Source: an uncultured bacterium (GTDB taxonomy: Bacteria > AUK180). From it: 40,801 nucleotides of DNA. The first letter of the stretch is position 1; every line of letters starts with the position of its first letter. Positions 1 to 10,060 of the stretch are shown here, in pieces. The position numbers and the translations under genes are program-made. The stretch spans positions 1 through 40,801 of the forward strand of contig CALMGJ010000028.1 of assembly GCA_937863565.1 (NCBI GenBank). The letters run 5' to 3'. Under the pieces are notes generated by a model. The model was not told the origin of the DNA and did no database searches. It saw only the letters and a program-made list of their open reading frames with translations.

Positions 1-69
1 TAATAAAGGATATATCGAAATATTTACACTGTTTTGCTACTCCTGCAACAACCGTTCCTTATCCGGGAT

Positions 70-98
70 TTGAAAAATCAGGGATATTCTGGTAAAAT
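70..98 (+). promoter_or_regulatory. sigma70-type promoter for the queD operon, probably leaderless
   Basis: TTGAAA (70-75), 17-nt spacer, extended -10 TGgTAAAAT (90-98). The ATG at 104 lies 5 nt downstream, with no Shine-Dalgarno. Confidence 0.7.
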
Positions 99-103
99 CA
101 TCC

Positions 104-475
104 ATGTTCAAAATAAAGATATTCGATTTTATCTCGTCCGCCCACCATCTTAGGGATTACAAGGGCAAATGCGAAACGCCTCACGGCCATAACTGGAAGA
201 TCGAGATCGAGTTTGAGGGGCCGGAATGCGACAGAACCGGGATGCTCATCGATTTCAAGGAGGCGAAAACGCTTTTGAAGAAATATATAGACCGTTTCGA
301 TCATAAGGATCTCAATACCGTGGCCCCTTTTGATCTTCTCAACCCTACGGCGGAGAACATCGCGAAATTCTTCTTCGATTCTCTTAAGGACGATCTCAAG
401 GACAGGCCCGTACGCATATCGAAGGTCGAAGTCTGGGAGAGCGCGGGCAATTGCGCGTCTTATGAAGATAGATGA
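104..475 (+). CDS. queD: 6-carboxy-5,6,7,8-tetrahydropterin synthase (queuosine biosynthesis)
   Basis: SAHHL...CETPHGHNW, DHKDLN, PTAENIA and VWES motifs of the PTPS/QueD family. Confidence 0.92.
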   Translation: MFKIKIFDFISSAHHLRDYKGKCETPHGHNWKIEIEFEGPECDRTGMLIDFKEAKTLLKKYIDRFDHKDLNTVAPFDLLNPTAENIAKFFFDSLKDDLKDRPVRISKVEVWESAGNCASYEDR

Positions 476-1103
476 ATTCGCCGGGAAGAAACGCGCAGGA
501 AGCGACGAATCGGGCAAAGGAGACCTCTTCGGTCCTCTTGTCGTAGCGGGCATCGTATTAAGGCCTGAAAAAGAGGCCGTTCTGCTTTCACATAATATCA
601 GGGACAGTAAAAAGATTACGAACAATGTGATACGGAAACTCGCCGCCGTGATCAGGGAGAACGCATATTTCGAGATCGTCTGCATATCGCCGAAAAAATT
701 CAACGAGCTCTACGGGAAGATGCGCAACATGAACCTTATCCTGGGCTGGGCCCATCAGAGGGTGTTTCAGAACCTTCACGAAAGCGATCCGTTCGAATTG
801 GCGCTTGCGGACAAGTTCTCCGTGAAGAACAGGATAGCCGTAAAGGGCGATTTCACGCTCTACGAGTTCAATAATGCCGAGGCGGATGTCGCCGTCGCCG
901 CGGCAAGCATTTTGGCCAGGGACCGGTTCCTTTCCGAGATGGAGCGGATGGGAACAAAATTCGGAATGGAGTTCCACCGCGGCGCTTCTCCGCAGGCTGT
1001 CGAGGATGCGCGCGTTTTCATAAGAAAGCACGGATACGCGGAACTTTCCTCCGTCGCCAAGATGAATTTCAAGATCGTTCCGAAAGATGAAGCCTCTTCA
1101 TAG
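462..1103 (+). CDS. rnhC: ribonuclease HIII (catalytic domain only)
   Basis: GSDESGKGDLFGPLVVAG, IRDSKK, VAAASILARDRF and C-terminal VAKMNFK are HIII-type signatures. Start set to the ATG at 462, overlapping the queD end; the ORF extension to 330 lies inside queD. Confidence 0.85.
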   Translation: MKIDEFAGKKRAGSDESGKGDLFGPLVVAGIVLRPEKEAVLLSHNIRDSKKITNNVIRKLAAVIRENAYFEIVCISPKKFNELYGKMRNMNLILGWAHQRVFQNLHESDPFELALADKFSVKNRIAVKGDFTLYEFNNAEADVAVAAASILARDRFLSEMERMGTKFGMEFHRGASPQAVEDARVFIRKHGYAELSSVAKMNFKIVPKDEASS

Positions 1104-1965
1104 CGAATATCTCGACGGGTTCATATCGTTCCTCTCTCTCGAGAAAGGCCTAAGCGGCAATTCCGTCGCCTCCTACTCCCTCGATATGACGTCGTTCTTC
1201 GAGTATATAGAGCCCAAAGAGGTCCCGGATATCGGCAAAAAGGACATACTCGGATATTTTTCCGCTCTCAAGGACCTGGGGCTTGCTCCGACCAGCATTG
1301 CGCGCAAATACTCTTCGCTCAAGAGTTTCTTCAATTACCTCATATACGATAACCGGATAAAGAACAATCCCCTTGAACTCATGGAAGCCCCGAAGATCTG
1401 GAAGAAACTTCCCGAAGTGCTGAGTTACAAGGAGATAAAAAGTCTTTTCGCGGCCTGCGATATCAAATCGTTGTGGGAACTGCGCGATCTCTGCGCGATG
1501 AAAATGCTCTATTCCTCCGGTCTTCGCGTGAGCGAACTCATCTCGCTCAAGACCGGCGATTTCATGTGGGATATCGAATTCATCCGGATCATAGGCAAAG
1601 GCAACAAAGAGCGCCTTGTCCCGGTGAACCGCGACGCGCTCGATACCGTGAAGGCATTCTTGATGCAAACTGCGGAGATAAGAAAGACGGACGCCGTGCT
1701 GATAGGACGGGACGGAACGGGGTTGACCCGGCAGTACATTTGGCAGATGCTGAAGAAGTACGCGCTCAAGACCGCTTTAAGCAAGAAGATATATCCGCAT
1801 ATACTCAGGCATTCCTTCGCGACCCATATGCTCGAGAACGGGGCGGATCTTCGGAGCATTCAGGAGATGCTCGGTCATTCGGACATCGCGACCACCCAGA
1901 TATACACGCATATCTCGCGCGAGTACATCAAGGAGATCTACAAGAAATGCCACCCGAGAGGCTGA
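1087..1965 (+). CDS. xerD: site-specific tyrosine recombinase XerD
   Basis: N-terminal integrase SAM-like domain, plus LYSSGLRVSEL, GKGNKERLVP, PHILRHSFATHMLENGADLRSIQEMLGHSDIATTQIYTH. Confidence 0.9.
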   Translation: MKPLHSEYLDGFISFLSLEKGLSGNSVASYSLDMTSFFEYIEPKEVPDIGKKDILGYFSALKDLGLAPTSIARKYSSLKSFFNYLIYDNRIKNNPLELMEAPKIWKKLPEVLSYKEIKSLFAACDIKSLWELRDLCAMKMLYSSGLRVSELISLKTGDFMWDIEFIRIIGKGNKERLVPVNRDALDTVKAFLMQTAEIRKTDAVLIGRDGTGLTRQYIWQMLKKYALKTALSKKIYPHILRHSFATHMLENGADLRSIQEMLGHSDIATTQIYTHISREYIKEIYKKCHPRG

Positions 1966-2972
1966 TATACTCATATACCGAGAAAGAACTTGGGGAAGAA
2001 CTCAAAACTCTCGGAATGCCCGCATACGCTTCGAAACAGATATTTTCATGGCTGTACGCGAAAAGGGTCTTCGATCCCGCGGATTTCTCGGACATTTCCA
2101 AAAAGAACCGGGATAACCTTGCGGACCGCTTCCGTTTTATCCTGCCCTCCCCCGCAAGGAAGGCCGCGGATGAGGCCGACGGCACGGTCAAGATCGTTCT
2201 TCTGAAAGAGGAAAAAGCGTTTTTCGAAGCCGTCATCATGCGCTCCGGAGAACATCATACGGCATGTCTCAGCACCCAGACTGGATGCGCGATGAGATGC
2301 TCTTTCTGCGCCACCGCGCGCTCAAGGAAGCTCGTGAACCTTTCGGAAGCGGATATGGTCATCCAGGTCCTCTCTCTTTTCCGGGAAACGGGGATCATGC
2401 CGCAGAACCTCGTTTTCATGGGCATGGGAGAACCATTTCTCAATTATAACGCCCTGGAAAGGGCCGTAGAGATATTCGTGTCCCGGAACGGGTTCGCTTA
2501 TTCCCAGAGGCATATCACCGTCTCGACGGTCGGCGTGCTCGAAGGCATAAAGGCATTGACCGCGCGCTTTCCGAAGATCGGGATCGCGGTCTCGCTGAAT
2601 TTCACGGGACCTGGTAGAGCGGAGTACATGCCTTCCGAAAAGTCATATCCCGTATCTGAGGTCCTGGAATTTTACTCGAGGAACCCGGGGTTGAGACGGC
2701 CGACCTTCGAATATGTGCTTATAAAAGACCTGAATGACAAAGAGGCGGACGCCCGGGCTCTTCTCAAGATACTGGGCGGCTTGAGATGCAAATTGAATGT
2801 CATCCCCTATAATGAGAATCCGGGGCTTCCATTTAATAGTCCGGATGAAGAAACACTTGAAAGATTCCTGAAAATAGTGTATAAAGGTATAAACGCGGTC
2901 ACCGTGAGACGGAGTATGGGTAAGAACATCTCCGGAGGCTGCGGACAACTCAGCGGGGAAATGAATGCTTGA
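1947..2972 (+). CDS. rlmN: 23S rRNA (A2503)/tRNA methyltransferase RlmN (radical SAM)
   Basis: CLSTQTGCAMRCSFCAT (CxxxCxxC), FMGMGEP, FEYVLI and GGCGQL. Start inferred at ATG 1947; the upstream extension overlaps xerD. Confidence 0.88.
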   Translation: MPPERLIYSYTEKELGEELKTLGMPAYASKQIFSWLYAKRVFDPADFSDISKKNRDNLADRFRFILPSPARKAADEADGTVKIVLLKEEKAFFEAVIMRSGEHHTACLSTQTGCAMRCSFCATARSRKLVNLSEADMVIQVLSLFRETGIMPQNLVFMGMGEPFLNYNALERAVEIFVSRNGFAYSQRHITVSTVGVLEGIKALTARFPKIGIAVSLNFTGPGRAEYMPSEKSYPVSEVLEFYSRNPGLRRPTFEYVLIKDLNDKEADARALLKILGGLRCKLNVIPYNENPGLPFNSPDEETLERFLKIVYKGINAVTVRRSMGKNISGGCGQLSGEMNA

Positions 2973-3816
2973 AAAATGTGTTCTCGGATGGGATGCCGAC
3001 GAGGACGATCTTTTACTTGAAACGGTTAAGAAAAAGAACATAGGCGGGATCATCGTCTATGCCAAGAATATAAAGGATAATTTCACTGCTTTCTCGAAGA
3101 AACTTAGGGAGACTTCCGTCAATAAGAATCTGATCATCTGCGCCGACCAGGAGGGCGGGAGCGTACGGAGGTTCATGGACGAGGACATCTTCGTGATGTC
3201 GGCAAGGGAATCCATCGAATTTCTGAACCCTATCCAGTATGAGACCGAAGTCTATTTCATGGGGAAGCGTCTCAAGGAATACGGGATAGATCTCGTGCTC
3301 GGCCCGGTTCTCGATATCGTCACAAGCAAGGAGAATATCCTCTGGGAGCGCTCATACGGCTTTATGGAGGACATCCTGAAATTCGGAGAGGCCTTCATCT
3401 CTGCTCTTGAGAAGGCAGGAGTGAGTTCCTGCATCAAGCATTTTTTCGGTTACGGGCTTGCGAATCCCGATCCTCACGGCAATCCTGTCTCCATAGAAAG
3501 AACGGAGAGGGTGAAAACATCAATGTTCCCTTTCGTGAAGATGGTATCGAGAGGTTATAAGGATTTTATAATGACCGCTCACGTCGATTACGAAGGTGAG
3601 ATCGTCACCTATTCGGCGAAATGGATAAAGGATTATCTGAAGAAGTCCTGCGGTTTTGGCGGAAAGGTCATTACCGACGATCTCATGATGAAAAGCGCCG
3701 GGGATATGCCCCTTCCCGAAAAGGTGAGAAAGTCCGTCGAAGCGGGATGTGATTACTGCATCATCTCCGGCCGTCTGGTCGATGCCGTTAAAAAACTGTC
3801 TCCTCAAGCGCTGTAA
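2965..3816 (+). CDS. nagZ: GH3 beta-N-acetylhexosaminidase (single domain)
   Basis: ADQEGGSV, GPVLDI, ERSYG, KHFFGYG...DPH, IMTAHV and ITDDLMM match the GH3 N-terminal domain. Confidence 0.82.
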   Translation: MLEKCVLGWDADEDDLLLETVKKKNIGGIIVYAKNIKDNFTAFSKKLRETSVNKNLIICADQEGGSVRRFMDEDIFVMSARESIEFLNPIQYETEVYFMGKRLKEYGIDLVLGPVLDIVTSKENILWERSYGFMEDILKFGEAFISALEKAGVSSCIKHFFGYGLANPDPHGNPVSIERTERVKTSMFPFVKMVSRGYKDFIMTAHVDYEGEIVTYSAKWIKDYLKKSCGFGGKVITDDLMMKSAGDMPLPEKVRKSVEAGCDYCIISGRLVDAVKKLSPQAL

Positions 3817-6800
3817 GATCGATAAGATGACAGAAAACCTTCTTTCCTTCCGCGGAAAGTATGCTTCCGTAGATCTCTAGCTGTTTTCTATCGCGCTCAA
3901 GCAGATCGGCCGATATACGGGTTTTATAATCGACGATATGGATCCCGTCATCTTTGAAAATAACGGCATCGATGCGGCCGTAGAGGAAATATTTCTTCCC
4001 TTCATGGATGAAGTAGCCTGCGGCATCGCATTCCCTGAGTATGTTGCTGCTCCCATCATTTAGCGTTCTGCATAACCCGGAAGAAAGGAACTTTTCATAA
4101 ACACGCATTGCGTCCCTTATTACATCTTCCGATCTTTCGGTAGCGAGGATCGTCTCGATACCCTTATTTTCCGAAGCCAGAAGCCGGTGAAGCAATGTGC
4201 CTTTCTTCGCCGCATATGCAGTAATGTCTTTCCCGGATGTTCTACCGCAGATCTTGTCGAGAAAGGAAGAAACGGACATCACTTCCGCCTTAGCCGACGG
4301 TTCTACGGCCACTTTTTCGGCCTTTCTCCTCTCCGGTATCGCGGCCGGCGGCCGGGACATTCTTTCAAAGCGGCTCTCGGGCACGCTAAACAGATCGACC
4401 GCTTCGAATTTCCCCTTCGGAGATAAAAGATAAAGCCGTTCTTCCGCGCGCGTCAAAGCCACATAGAGAAGGCGTTTCTTCTCCAACCTCTCCTTATGCC
4501 TGTAATTATCCTTTATTTTTTCGTAGAAACCGTTCTTCAAAGCCTTGCATGCGATACCTTCAGGATCATAATAGAACTCGCAAGCGGCCTCGCGCCGCCT
4601 TTCGGGGAATATCTTATTGAATTGCGAGAAAACGACCACGGGAAATTCAAGGCCCTTGGATTTATGGACCGTCATCAAACGGACGGCATTGTCGTTCTCG
4701 CTCGGCGGAATACTGAATTCAAGCGAGGATAGATTACTTTCGAGATAGAAGGCGAGATCGTAAAAATTGAAAAGGTTGCCGGTGAACAGTTCCCTGGCCC
4801 TATGTTTTATCTCCTCGAGCCCGGATGCGAGGATCTCCGCATCTTCGAACATCCCGAGATAATCCGCATACCTGTTCTCTGAAATTATAAGTTCAACGAC
4901 CCGGTCCGGCTTAAGGATGTTTTTTAGGCCGAGGAGATGGTTGAAAGTCTCAAATATCCCTACATAATTCGATTTATACCCGTAAAAATACTCCTCCGCC
5001 CGTTCATAGAGATAATTGCCCTTGCATTGGGATATTTTGAATAGAGTGATATCGTCTATAAAGAAAAGATCGCTTTTAAGGAACTCGAGGAACCACATAT
5101 CGTCATACGGATTAGCCAAGGCTTTTATATATTGTATCACCGAGAAAAGCGGCGAAAAATCGGAGATCTTCAAGGCATCTTCATCTCTGAGCGGAATATT
5201 CTCTGCTCTCAAAGCCTTTTTGACCTCACCGTAATCACCGGAACGGGCGCAGAATAGAAGAGCGATGTCCTTGAATGCATAACCGTCGTGCAGCGCGTGT
5301 TTGACGGCATCGATCACGGGTGCGATATCCTTATCTTCCGTTTCCTCAAAATAAACCGTTCCTTTCCTTTCCGCGTTCCCGGCTTTCATATCGGGTCCGT
5401 AGTCTACTTCATACGGATCTTCACCGGAAGCTGTAAGAAAAGGTCTGAAGCTTTTGTTCACATACCCGATGATCCCGTTCCCGGAACGGAAATTCATGTC
5501 AAGGCCGACGGACCGGAAACCTTTGCGTTTAAAATCGTCAACCGTTCTATTGAAAACGGACACATCCGAGTTGCGGAAGAAATATATGGATTGCTTGGGG
5601 TCGCCGACGATAAAGAGCTTTCCGGGCATTAGAGTGCCGGACTCATCATCTTCTTTGGCCATATTGAAGATAATGCTCCTCTGCTGCTCGTTGGAATCCT
5701 GGAATTCATCCACAAGGAAAGCCTTGAAGCGTTCGTGAAGGCGGGTTCTTACCGAAGGATCGCTCCTCAATTTCTCTTCGAGAAGCTCGAGTATGCGCGA
5801 GTATGTAAGAATGCTCTTTCCCGAAAGTTCTTCGAGCATGCTCTCATTGATCTCCTCCGCGATCTCGAACAAGCATTCCTCTTCTTCCCATGCCCCTTCT
5901 TCGAAAAGAGGCATGAGCACTTCCCTGTTGAATTCTTCCGCGTTCTCCTGTTTCTCACCCTTCCCGGATCTGCGAAGACGCATATCGGAAGTTAGGTTCG
6001 GTGCAAGCAGTTCCCTTATCTCTTCCAGTCCGAAGCCACGGTCATTCCTGTTGAAAAATCCCGTAAAGTCATCTACGGCAGCTTGCGCTTTTGGGGTAAA
6101 GTCCCTTCCGGAATATTTTCCGGCCAAGGCGCGGAGCTGTCCTTTAAATGCCTCGACGAATTCCCCCCTGCACGAGAACCCCATTCTTTTTTCAAATACA
6201 ATGTTCTCCATATACCTAAGGCGGGTTTCCGCATAAAAAGCCCCAAGTCCCCTGCCATACCCTTTTTCATGCCATCCGGAGATGATCGAGGAGACCGCCT
6301 GTTTTATCTTGACGAGTTCCAGACCTCCGTCAATGAGCTTCATTACTTTTCCAAATACGGCGCCGCGTTTTTCTGCGATCCTGTTCAGCTCGCCGTCAAG
6401 GAAGAGCCCGAAGAAATATTCGAAAGCCTCGCCCTCAAGGAATTCCGCATCCGGTCCGCATTCGAAATCAACGGGCATTGAAGCGATCACATCATTGGCG
6501 AAGGAATGAAAAGTAGAGATGGGGGCTCCGTCAAGAGCCAGGATATCGTTCAGCGCTTTTTCCTTGAGTTCAAGTCCCCTGTTTTCAAGTTCTTTCCGTA
6601 TCCCGGAACCTTCAGGCGCGTAATAGATATCAAGGAAAGCTTTGCGTATCCTCTCTTTCATCTCGGCGGCGGCCTTTTTCGTATATGTGACGCAGAGAAC
6701 GCTGTCAACGGGAAGCCCTTTTTCAAGGACAAGGTATACATAGCGTGCCGCAAGGCATCTCGTTTTTCCGCTTCCCGCCGGAGCGGTCACAATGATATTC

Positions 6801-6868
6801 TCATCCTCGAAGATATCCTTCTGATTCCCTTTAAGGCCGAAATAAGCGATTAATGCCTCTTTAATCAT
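3788..6868 (-). CDS. addA: ATP-dependent helicase/nuclease subunit A (UvrD-like SF1 helicase with C-terminal PD-(D/E)XK nuclease)
   Basis: APAGSGKT, TYTKKAAAEMKERI, VDEFQD, VGDPKQSIY, NFRS, TVHKSKGLEF, LYVALTRA; nuclease motifs GTLLH...GRID...VDYKT...QLEIY. Confidence 0.88.
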   Translation of the reverse strand: MIKEALIAYFGLKGNQKDIFEDENIIVTAPAGSGKTRCLAARYVYLVLEKGLPVDSVLCVTYTKKAAAEMKERIRKAFLDIYYAPEGSGIRKELENRGLELKEKALNDILALDGAPISTFHSFANDVIASMPVDFECGPDAEFLEGEAFEYFFGLFLDGELNRIAEKRGAVFGKVMKLIDGGLELVKIKQAVSSIISGWHEKGYGRGLGAFYAETRLRYMENIVFEKRMGFSCRGEFVEAFKGQLRALAGKYSGRDFTPKAQAAVDDFTGFFNRNDRGFGLEEIRELLAPNLTSDMRLRRSGKGEKQENAEEFNREVLMPLFEEGAWEEEECLFEIAEEINESMLEELSGKSILTYSRILELLEEKLRSDPSVRTRLHERFKAFLVDEFQDSNEQQRSIIFNMAKEDDESGTLMPGKLFIVGDPKQSIYFFRNSDVSVFNRTVDDFKRKGFRSVGLDMNFRSGNGIIGYVNKSFRPFLTASGEDPYEVDYGPDMKAGNAERKGTVYFEETEDKDIAPVIDAVKHALHDGYAFKDIALLFCARSGDYGEVKKALRAENIPLRDEDALKISDFSPLFSVIQYIKALANPYDDMWFLEFLKSDLFFIDDITLFKISQCKGNYLYERAEEYFYGYKSNYVGIFETFNHLLGLKNILKPDRVVELIISENRYADYLGMFEDAEILASGLEEIKHRARELFTGNLFNFYDLAFYLESNLSSLEFSIPPSENDNAVRLMTVHKSKGLEFPVVVFSQFNKIFPERRREAACEFYYDPEGIACKALKNGFYEKIKDNYRHKERLEKKRLLYVALTRAEERLYLLSPKGKFEAVDLFSVPESRFERMSRPPAAIPERRKAEKVAVEPSAKAEVMSVSSFLDKICGRTSGKDITAYAAKKGTLLHRLLASENKGIETILATERSEDVIRDAMRVYEKFLSSGLCRTLNDGSSNILRECDAAGYFIHEGKKYFLYGRIDAVIFKDDGIHIVDYKTRISADLLERDRKQLEIYGSILSAEGKKVFCHLIDLTALEETVF

Positions 6869-9515
6869 AGGGATGATCCCTCACGTTCTTGTCCGGGCGG
6901 AGGCAGGCATTGATGAAGGGGCAAAAACCGCATTTCCCCTCTATCTCCCATTCTCCTTCATTTCCGCAGGCTTGCTTCATCCCGGGGCCGGGATAGAAAG
7001 AGAAATCGCCGCGACCCATATTCGTAAGGATATTGCTCAGCGCGGACACTATTCTTTCCTCATCCGCTGCGCCGACATTGCCTTCTTTGGCTTCCCTTAT
7101 ATTATAAAAAATAAATTCCGAAGCATGCCCGAAGCCCGCTTTTTCGTATAATTTCATGTAAATATAATCCTGATAGAGCATATTTAGCTTCCTTTTTAAG
7201 GAAACGGTTTTTGTTCCGGTTTTATAATCGATCAGAACGGCATCGCCCTTCCCGTTCACGTCAACACGGTCCAGATATGCCGAGAAGGACGCCTTGAATG
7301 GCCCAAGATCGAGGATTATATCGCCGAAATACGACCGTTCGTCCCCGTTCCTGCCCTCCCTCTTCACGCCTCCGATCTGCAATTCGGAATACGAAGGCGA
7401 AAAGCCGTCCCTGAACGGGGAAGGCAGATGCCTGAGAAGGTCTAAAGATGCATTGTAGTATTCTTTCTCATAGAAAACGTAAAGAAGGGAACTGCCGATC
7501 CCTCCGCGGGCGAACTGCTCGGTGAACACTTCTTTGAAGACCTCTTTGAACTTCTCTTCCCCCGTATCATTCCTCTTGATCATATCCCTAAGCGCGAACA
7601 GAAGCGCATGGAAGAACCTCCCCTTGCTCATAGGCGTCATCTCATCCTCGTATTGAAGCTCTTCGATGCGGAGCATCTTCTCAAGGAAATACTTGTACGG
7701 GCAGCCTGCATATGTCTCAAGCCCTGAAACGGAAAGATAGCACGGTGAAACGGGTATGTTCAGAATGCCCGCATAAGCGGACGCTTCTTTCAGGGAGGCT
7801 TGATCCGCGTCCGCTTCGGAAAGCCGCTTTCTGATATCTGCTATCTTCTCGTACCGCGCCTTGACTCCGGCCTTCCCCGCGGCAGTATATGCCCTGGCTA
7901 TATCCCGCTCCGAGCCCTTGAATTCAGGGAGCTTCAGAACAAGGCTTTTTATCTCGGGATCCCCTTCGTCGTCGAAATCATGGTATCCGATATAACAATT
8001 CGCGGATGAAACAAGATACTTGAACCTGAAGATATCCGCGGAGAGTTTCCTTCTCCGCTCCGGAAGGCCTTCCTCTTCCGGCATGCCTTCGCTACCGAAA
8101 AACCGGACAGGAGCGGGATATCTCGGGAACATTCCGCTTTGCATGAACGGGAAAATGATATGGTCGCTTTTTACCGTGGAAGCATCGCGGCTGCCCAGGA
8201 TCCTTACCCTTGACAGAAAATCATTATTCTCTTCCATCGACATTCCCGCGCCGGCAAGGTTGTCGTACAATCCCGTGAATTCGGAAAGGTCCATATCAAT
8301 ACCCAGGGCATCGAGTTCCGAGGCGACCTCCGTGATCGAGGAGAATATTCCCGTGAACTCGGTCATGTCGGCCTTTATGATACTGCATGCCGCATCGTAT
8401 ATCCGCTTAATCGCCTGAGACATTGAAGCTCTGCTTTTTAAAAGAAGGTCCCGAAGCTCAAGAAGGCCTCGTATCACTTCATTGCAGGCGGGATCGCCGG
8501 CCGTTGCGGCGGCCCATTCCTCAAGGGATCCGCTGGAGCCGGATTTGATCATGTTCACTGCATATTTAAACATCTCTTCGCCTCCGAAAACCTTGGAGGA
8601 CATGAGCGAGAGTATGCCGCTTTTGGAATATCCTCCGGATGAAGCGGTGAGGATATTTTTAAACACATTAACGACCGCATCGTTCTTTCTTTTCTTATGG
8701 CCCGAATAGAATGCGATCCCTTCCTCTGCAAGATGATCGCCGATATAGTGTGCGCACCCGCGGTCATCCGTAACTATCGTGATGCTGCCTTCGCGCATCT
8801 CCCGGCAAATGAGATAAAGGAGCCGTTCCATCTCTTCGGCGCGGTTCAAGGACCTGAATACCGAAGGCGGCGGCGACGCATTGAATTCATTCACTCTCAG
8901 AAGGCCTGCCGTCCTTTTCCCTGCGATCTCCCCGAGATACTCATCCTTCAGGCCCGCAGGAAGACCGACAGAAATGGTGATGTCCTTGAATTTGCCGAGG
9001 CCTGATACGAGCAGGTCCTCTTCTTTCTCAAACAGGAGAAATCCTTTGAAATCGATGCCGGAGAACCGGTCAAGGTACCGGGAATACGGGAGGCCGTCTA
9101 TCGTCCTTTTTAGCACATCGGCGTCATCGTCCAGACCCGCATCATAGAGCCTTTCCTCATAGCGTTCGTATACGTTCCATATTTCCTTCCATCTTCCGTC
9201 GGAGAAGGAGTTCGCCGAGAAATTCCTCCCTGCCGTCAGGTTCGCGTATTTGATGTTCCCGATGATCCCGTATACCGTGTTTTCGATCTTCCTGATGTTC
9301 CTGTATGAGAGTTCAAGTCCTGAAATGATGTCCCTTATGAGGAAAAGCGATGCTTCACGGCCTATCACCGGTTTATCTGAGGATTCCGCTCTCAGAATAT
9401 CTAGAAGTCCGTTCACAGTAAGGGCGTTCGTGCCGAAATATGCCCCTTCCTTTTCAGCCCTTTCCTTCATATGAAGGAGAAAAGAGAGCCTTGAGGGATA
9501 CACTGTCAGTTTCAA
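6861..9515 (-). CDS. addB: AddB-like subunit (inactive helicase scaffold with Fe-S PD-(D/E)XK nuclease)
   Basis: LSVSGLETYAGCPYKYF, KGRFFH, LDRVD...IDYKTG and C-terminal CGFCPFINAC (Fe-S staple cysteines). Overlaps the addA start. Confidence 0.82.
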   Translation of the reverse strand: MKLTVYPSRLSFLLHMKERAEKEGAYFGTNALTVNGLLDILRAESSDKPVIGREASLFLIRDIISGLELSYRNIRKIENTVYGIIGNIKYANLTAGRNFSANSFSDGRWKEIWNVYERYEERLYDAGLDDDADVLKRTIDGLPYSRYLDRFSGIDFKGFLLFEKEEDLLVSGLGKFKDITISVGLPAGLKDEYLGEIAGKRTAGLLRVNEFNASPPPSVFRSLNRAEEMERLLYLICREMREGSITIVTDDRGCAHYIGDHLAEEGIAFYSGHKKRKNDAVVNVFKNILTASSGGYSKSGILSLMSSKVFGGEEMFKYAVNMIKSGSSGSLEEWAAATAGDPACNEVIRGLLELRDLLLKSRASMSQAIKRIYDAACSIIKADMTEFTGIFSSITEVASELDALGIDMDLSEFTGLYDNLAGAGMSMEENNDFLSRVRILGSRDASTVKSDHIIFPFMQSGMFPRYPAPVRFFGSEGMPEEEGLPERRRKLSADIFRFKYLVSSANCYIGYHDFDDEGDPEIKSLVLKLPEFKGSERDIARAYTAAGKAGVKARYEKIADIRKRLSEADADQASLKEASAYAGILNIPVSPCYLSVSGLETYAGCPYKYFLEKMLRIEELQYEDEMTPMSKGRFFHALLFALRDMIKRNDTGEEKFKEVFKEVFTEQFARGGIGSSLLYVFYEKEYYNASLDLLRHLPSPFRDGFSPSYSELQIGGVKREGRNGDERSYFGDIILDLGPFKASFSAYLDRVDVNGKGDAVLIDYKTGTKTVSLKRKLNMLYQDYIYMKLYEKAGFGHASEFIFYNIREAKEGNVGAADEERIVSALSNILTNMGRGDFSFYPGPGMKQACGNEGEWEIEGKCGFCPFINACLRPDKNVRDHPYD

Positions 9516-10060
9516 CGGTACTCCTCTATCTTCTCGTAGACAGGGCCTTCCGGTTTCAGGATCGAACTGAAAAGGACTACGGAAGAAATATACTGCGTCC
9601 CGAAGACCTCGTCCGTGTAGGTCCCCTCAGGAATGCGTGAGCCCTTTCTGTTCCGGGCGAGCGTTATATGCGGCGAGAACTTCCGGCATTCAGGTTTCAG
9701 GCCCGGCAATGCAAGGGTGAGGGCCTTTTCGGCCTCATCGAAGAACCGGGCAAGCGTTCCGTTCTCATCATCTACTCCGGCAAACAGAACGGCAGGCCTT
9801 TCTACGGGGCCGAAACCTCCGATCCCCCGTACAGTATGGGTTCTTTCCCCTTCGGGGATCTTTTGCGCAAGACGGCTCAGGAAAACGAGCGAGGAAGCGA
9901 TATCATCTTTCTGCTCTCCGAGGAACTTTAAAGTGATATGGAGGTTCTCCCTTTTCACCATGCCGAATCCCCTGATGCGGGAAAGGCCTTTTTCATCAAG
10001 GTAATCATATATGCGATCTTTTATTTCACCTTTGATTTCAAAAGCGAGAAAGCATCTCAT
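9512..10060 (-). CDS. thpR: RNA 2',3'-cyclic phosphodiesterase (2H phosphoesterase)
   Basis: MRCFLAF start and two HITL motifs (NLHITLKFLGE, FSPHITLAR). Confidence 0.9.
   Translation of the reverse strand: MRCFLAFEIKGEIKDRIYDYLDEKGLSRIRGFGMVKRENLHITLKFLGEQKDDIASSLVFLSRLAQKIPEGERTHTVRGIGGFGPVERPAVLFAGVDDENGTLARFFDEAEKALTLALPGLKPECRKFSPHITLARNRKGSRIPEGTYTDEVFGTQYISSVVLFSSILKPEGPVYEKIEEYR

Noticed and set aside
1..103. preQ1 riboswitch upstream of queD
   Set aside because: No preQ1-like stem-loop with an A-rich tail is visible, and the promoter position suggests there is no leader.
1087..1965. Tyrosine recombinase as a phage, island or integron integrase
   Set aside because: It has XerD-type size and motifs, sits in a housekeeping operon, and has no att sites, cassettes or phage genes nearby.
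1947..2972. Cfr-type resistance methyltransferase
   Set aside because: The MGMGEP motif and core-genome context fit RlmN. The 499-aa ORF length is an artefact of overlap with xerD.
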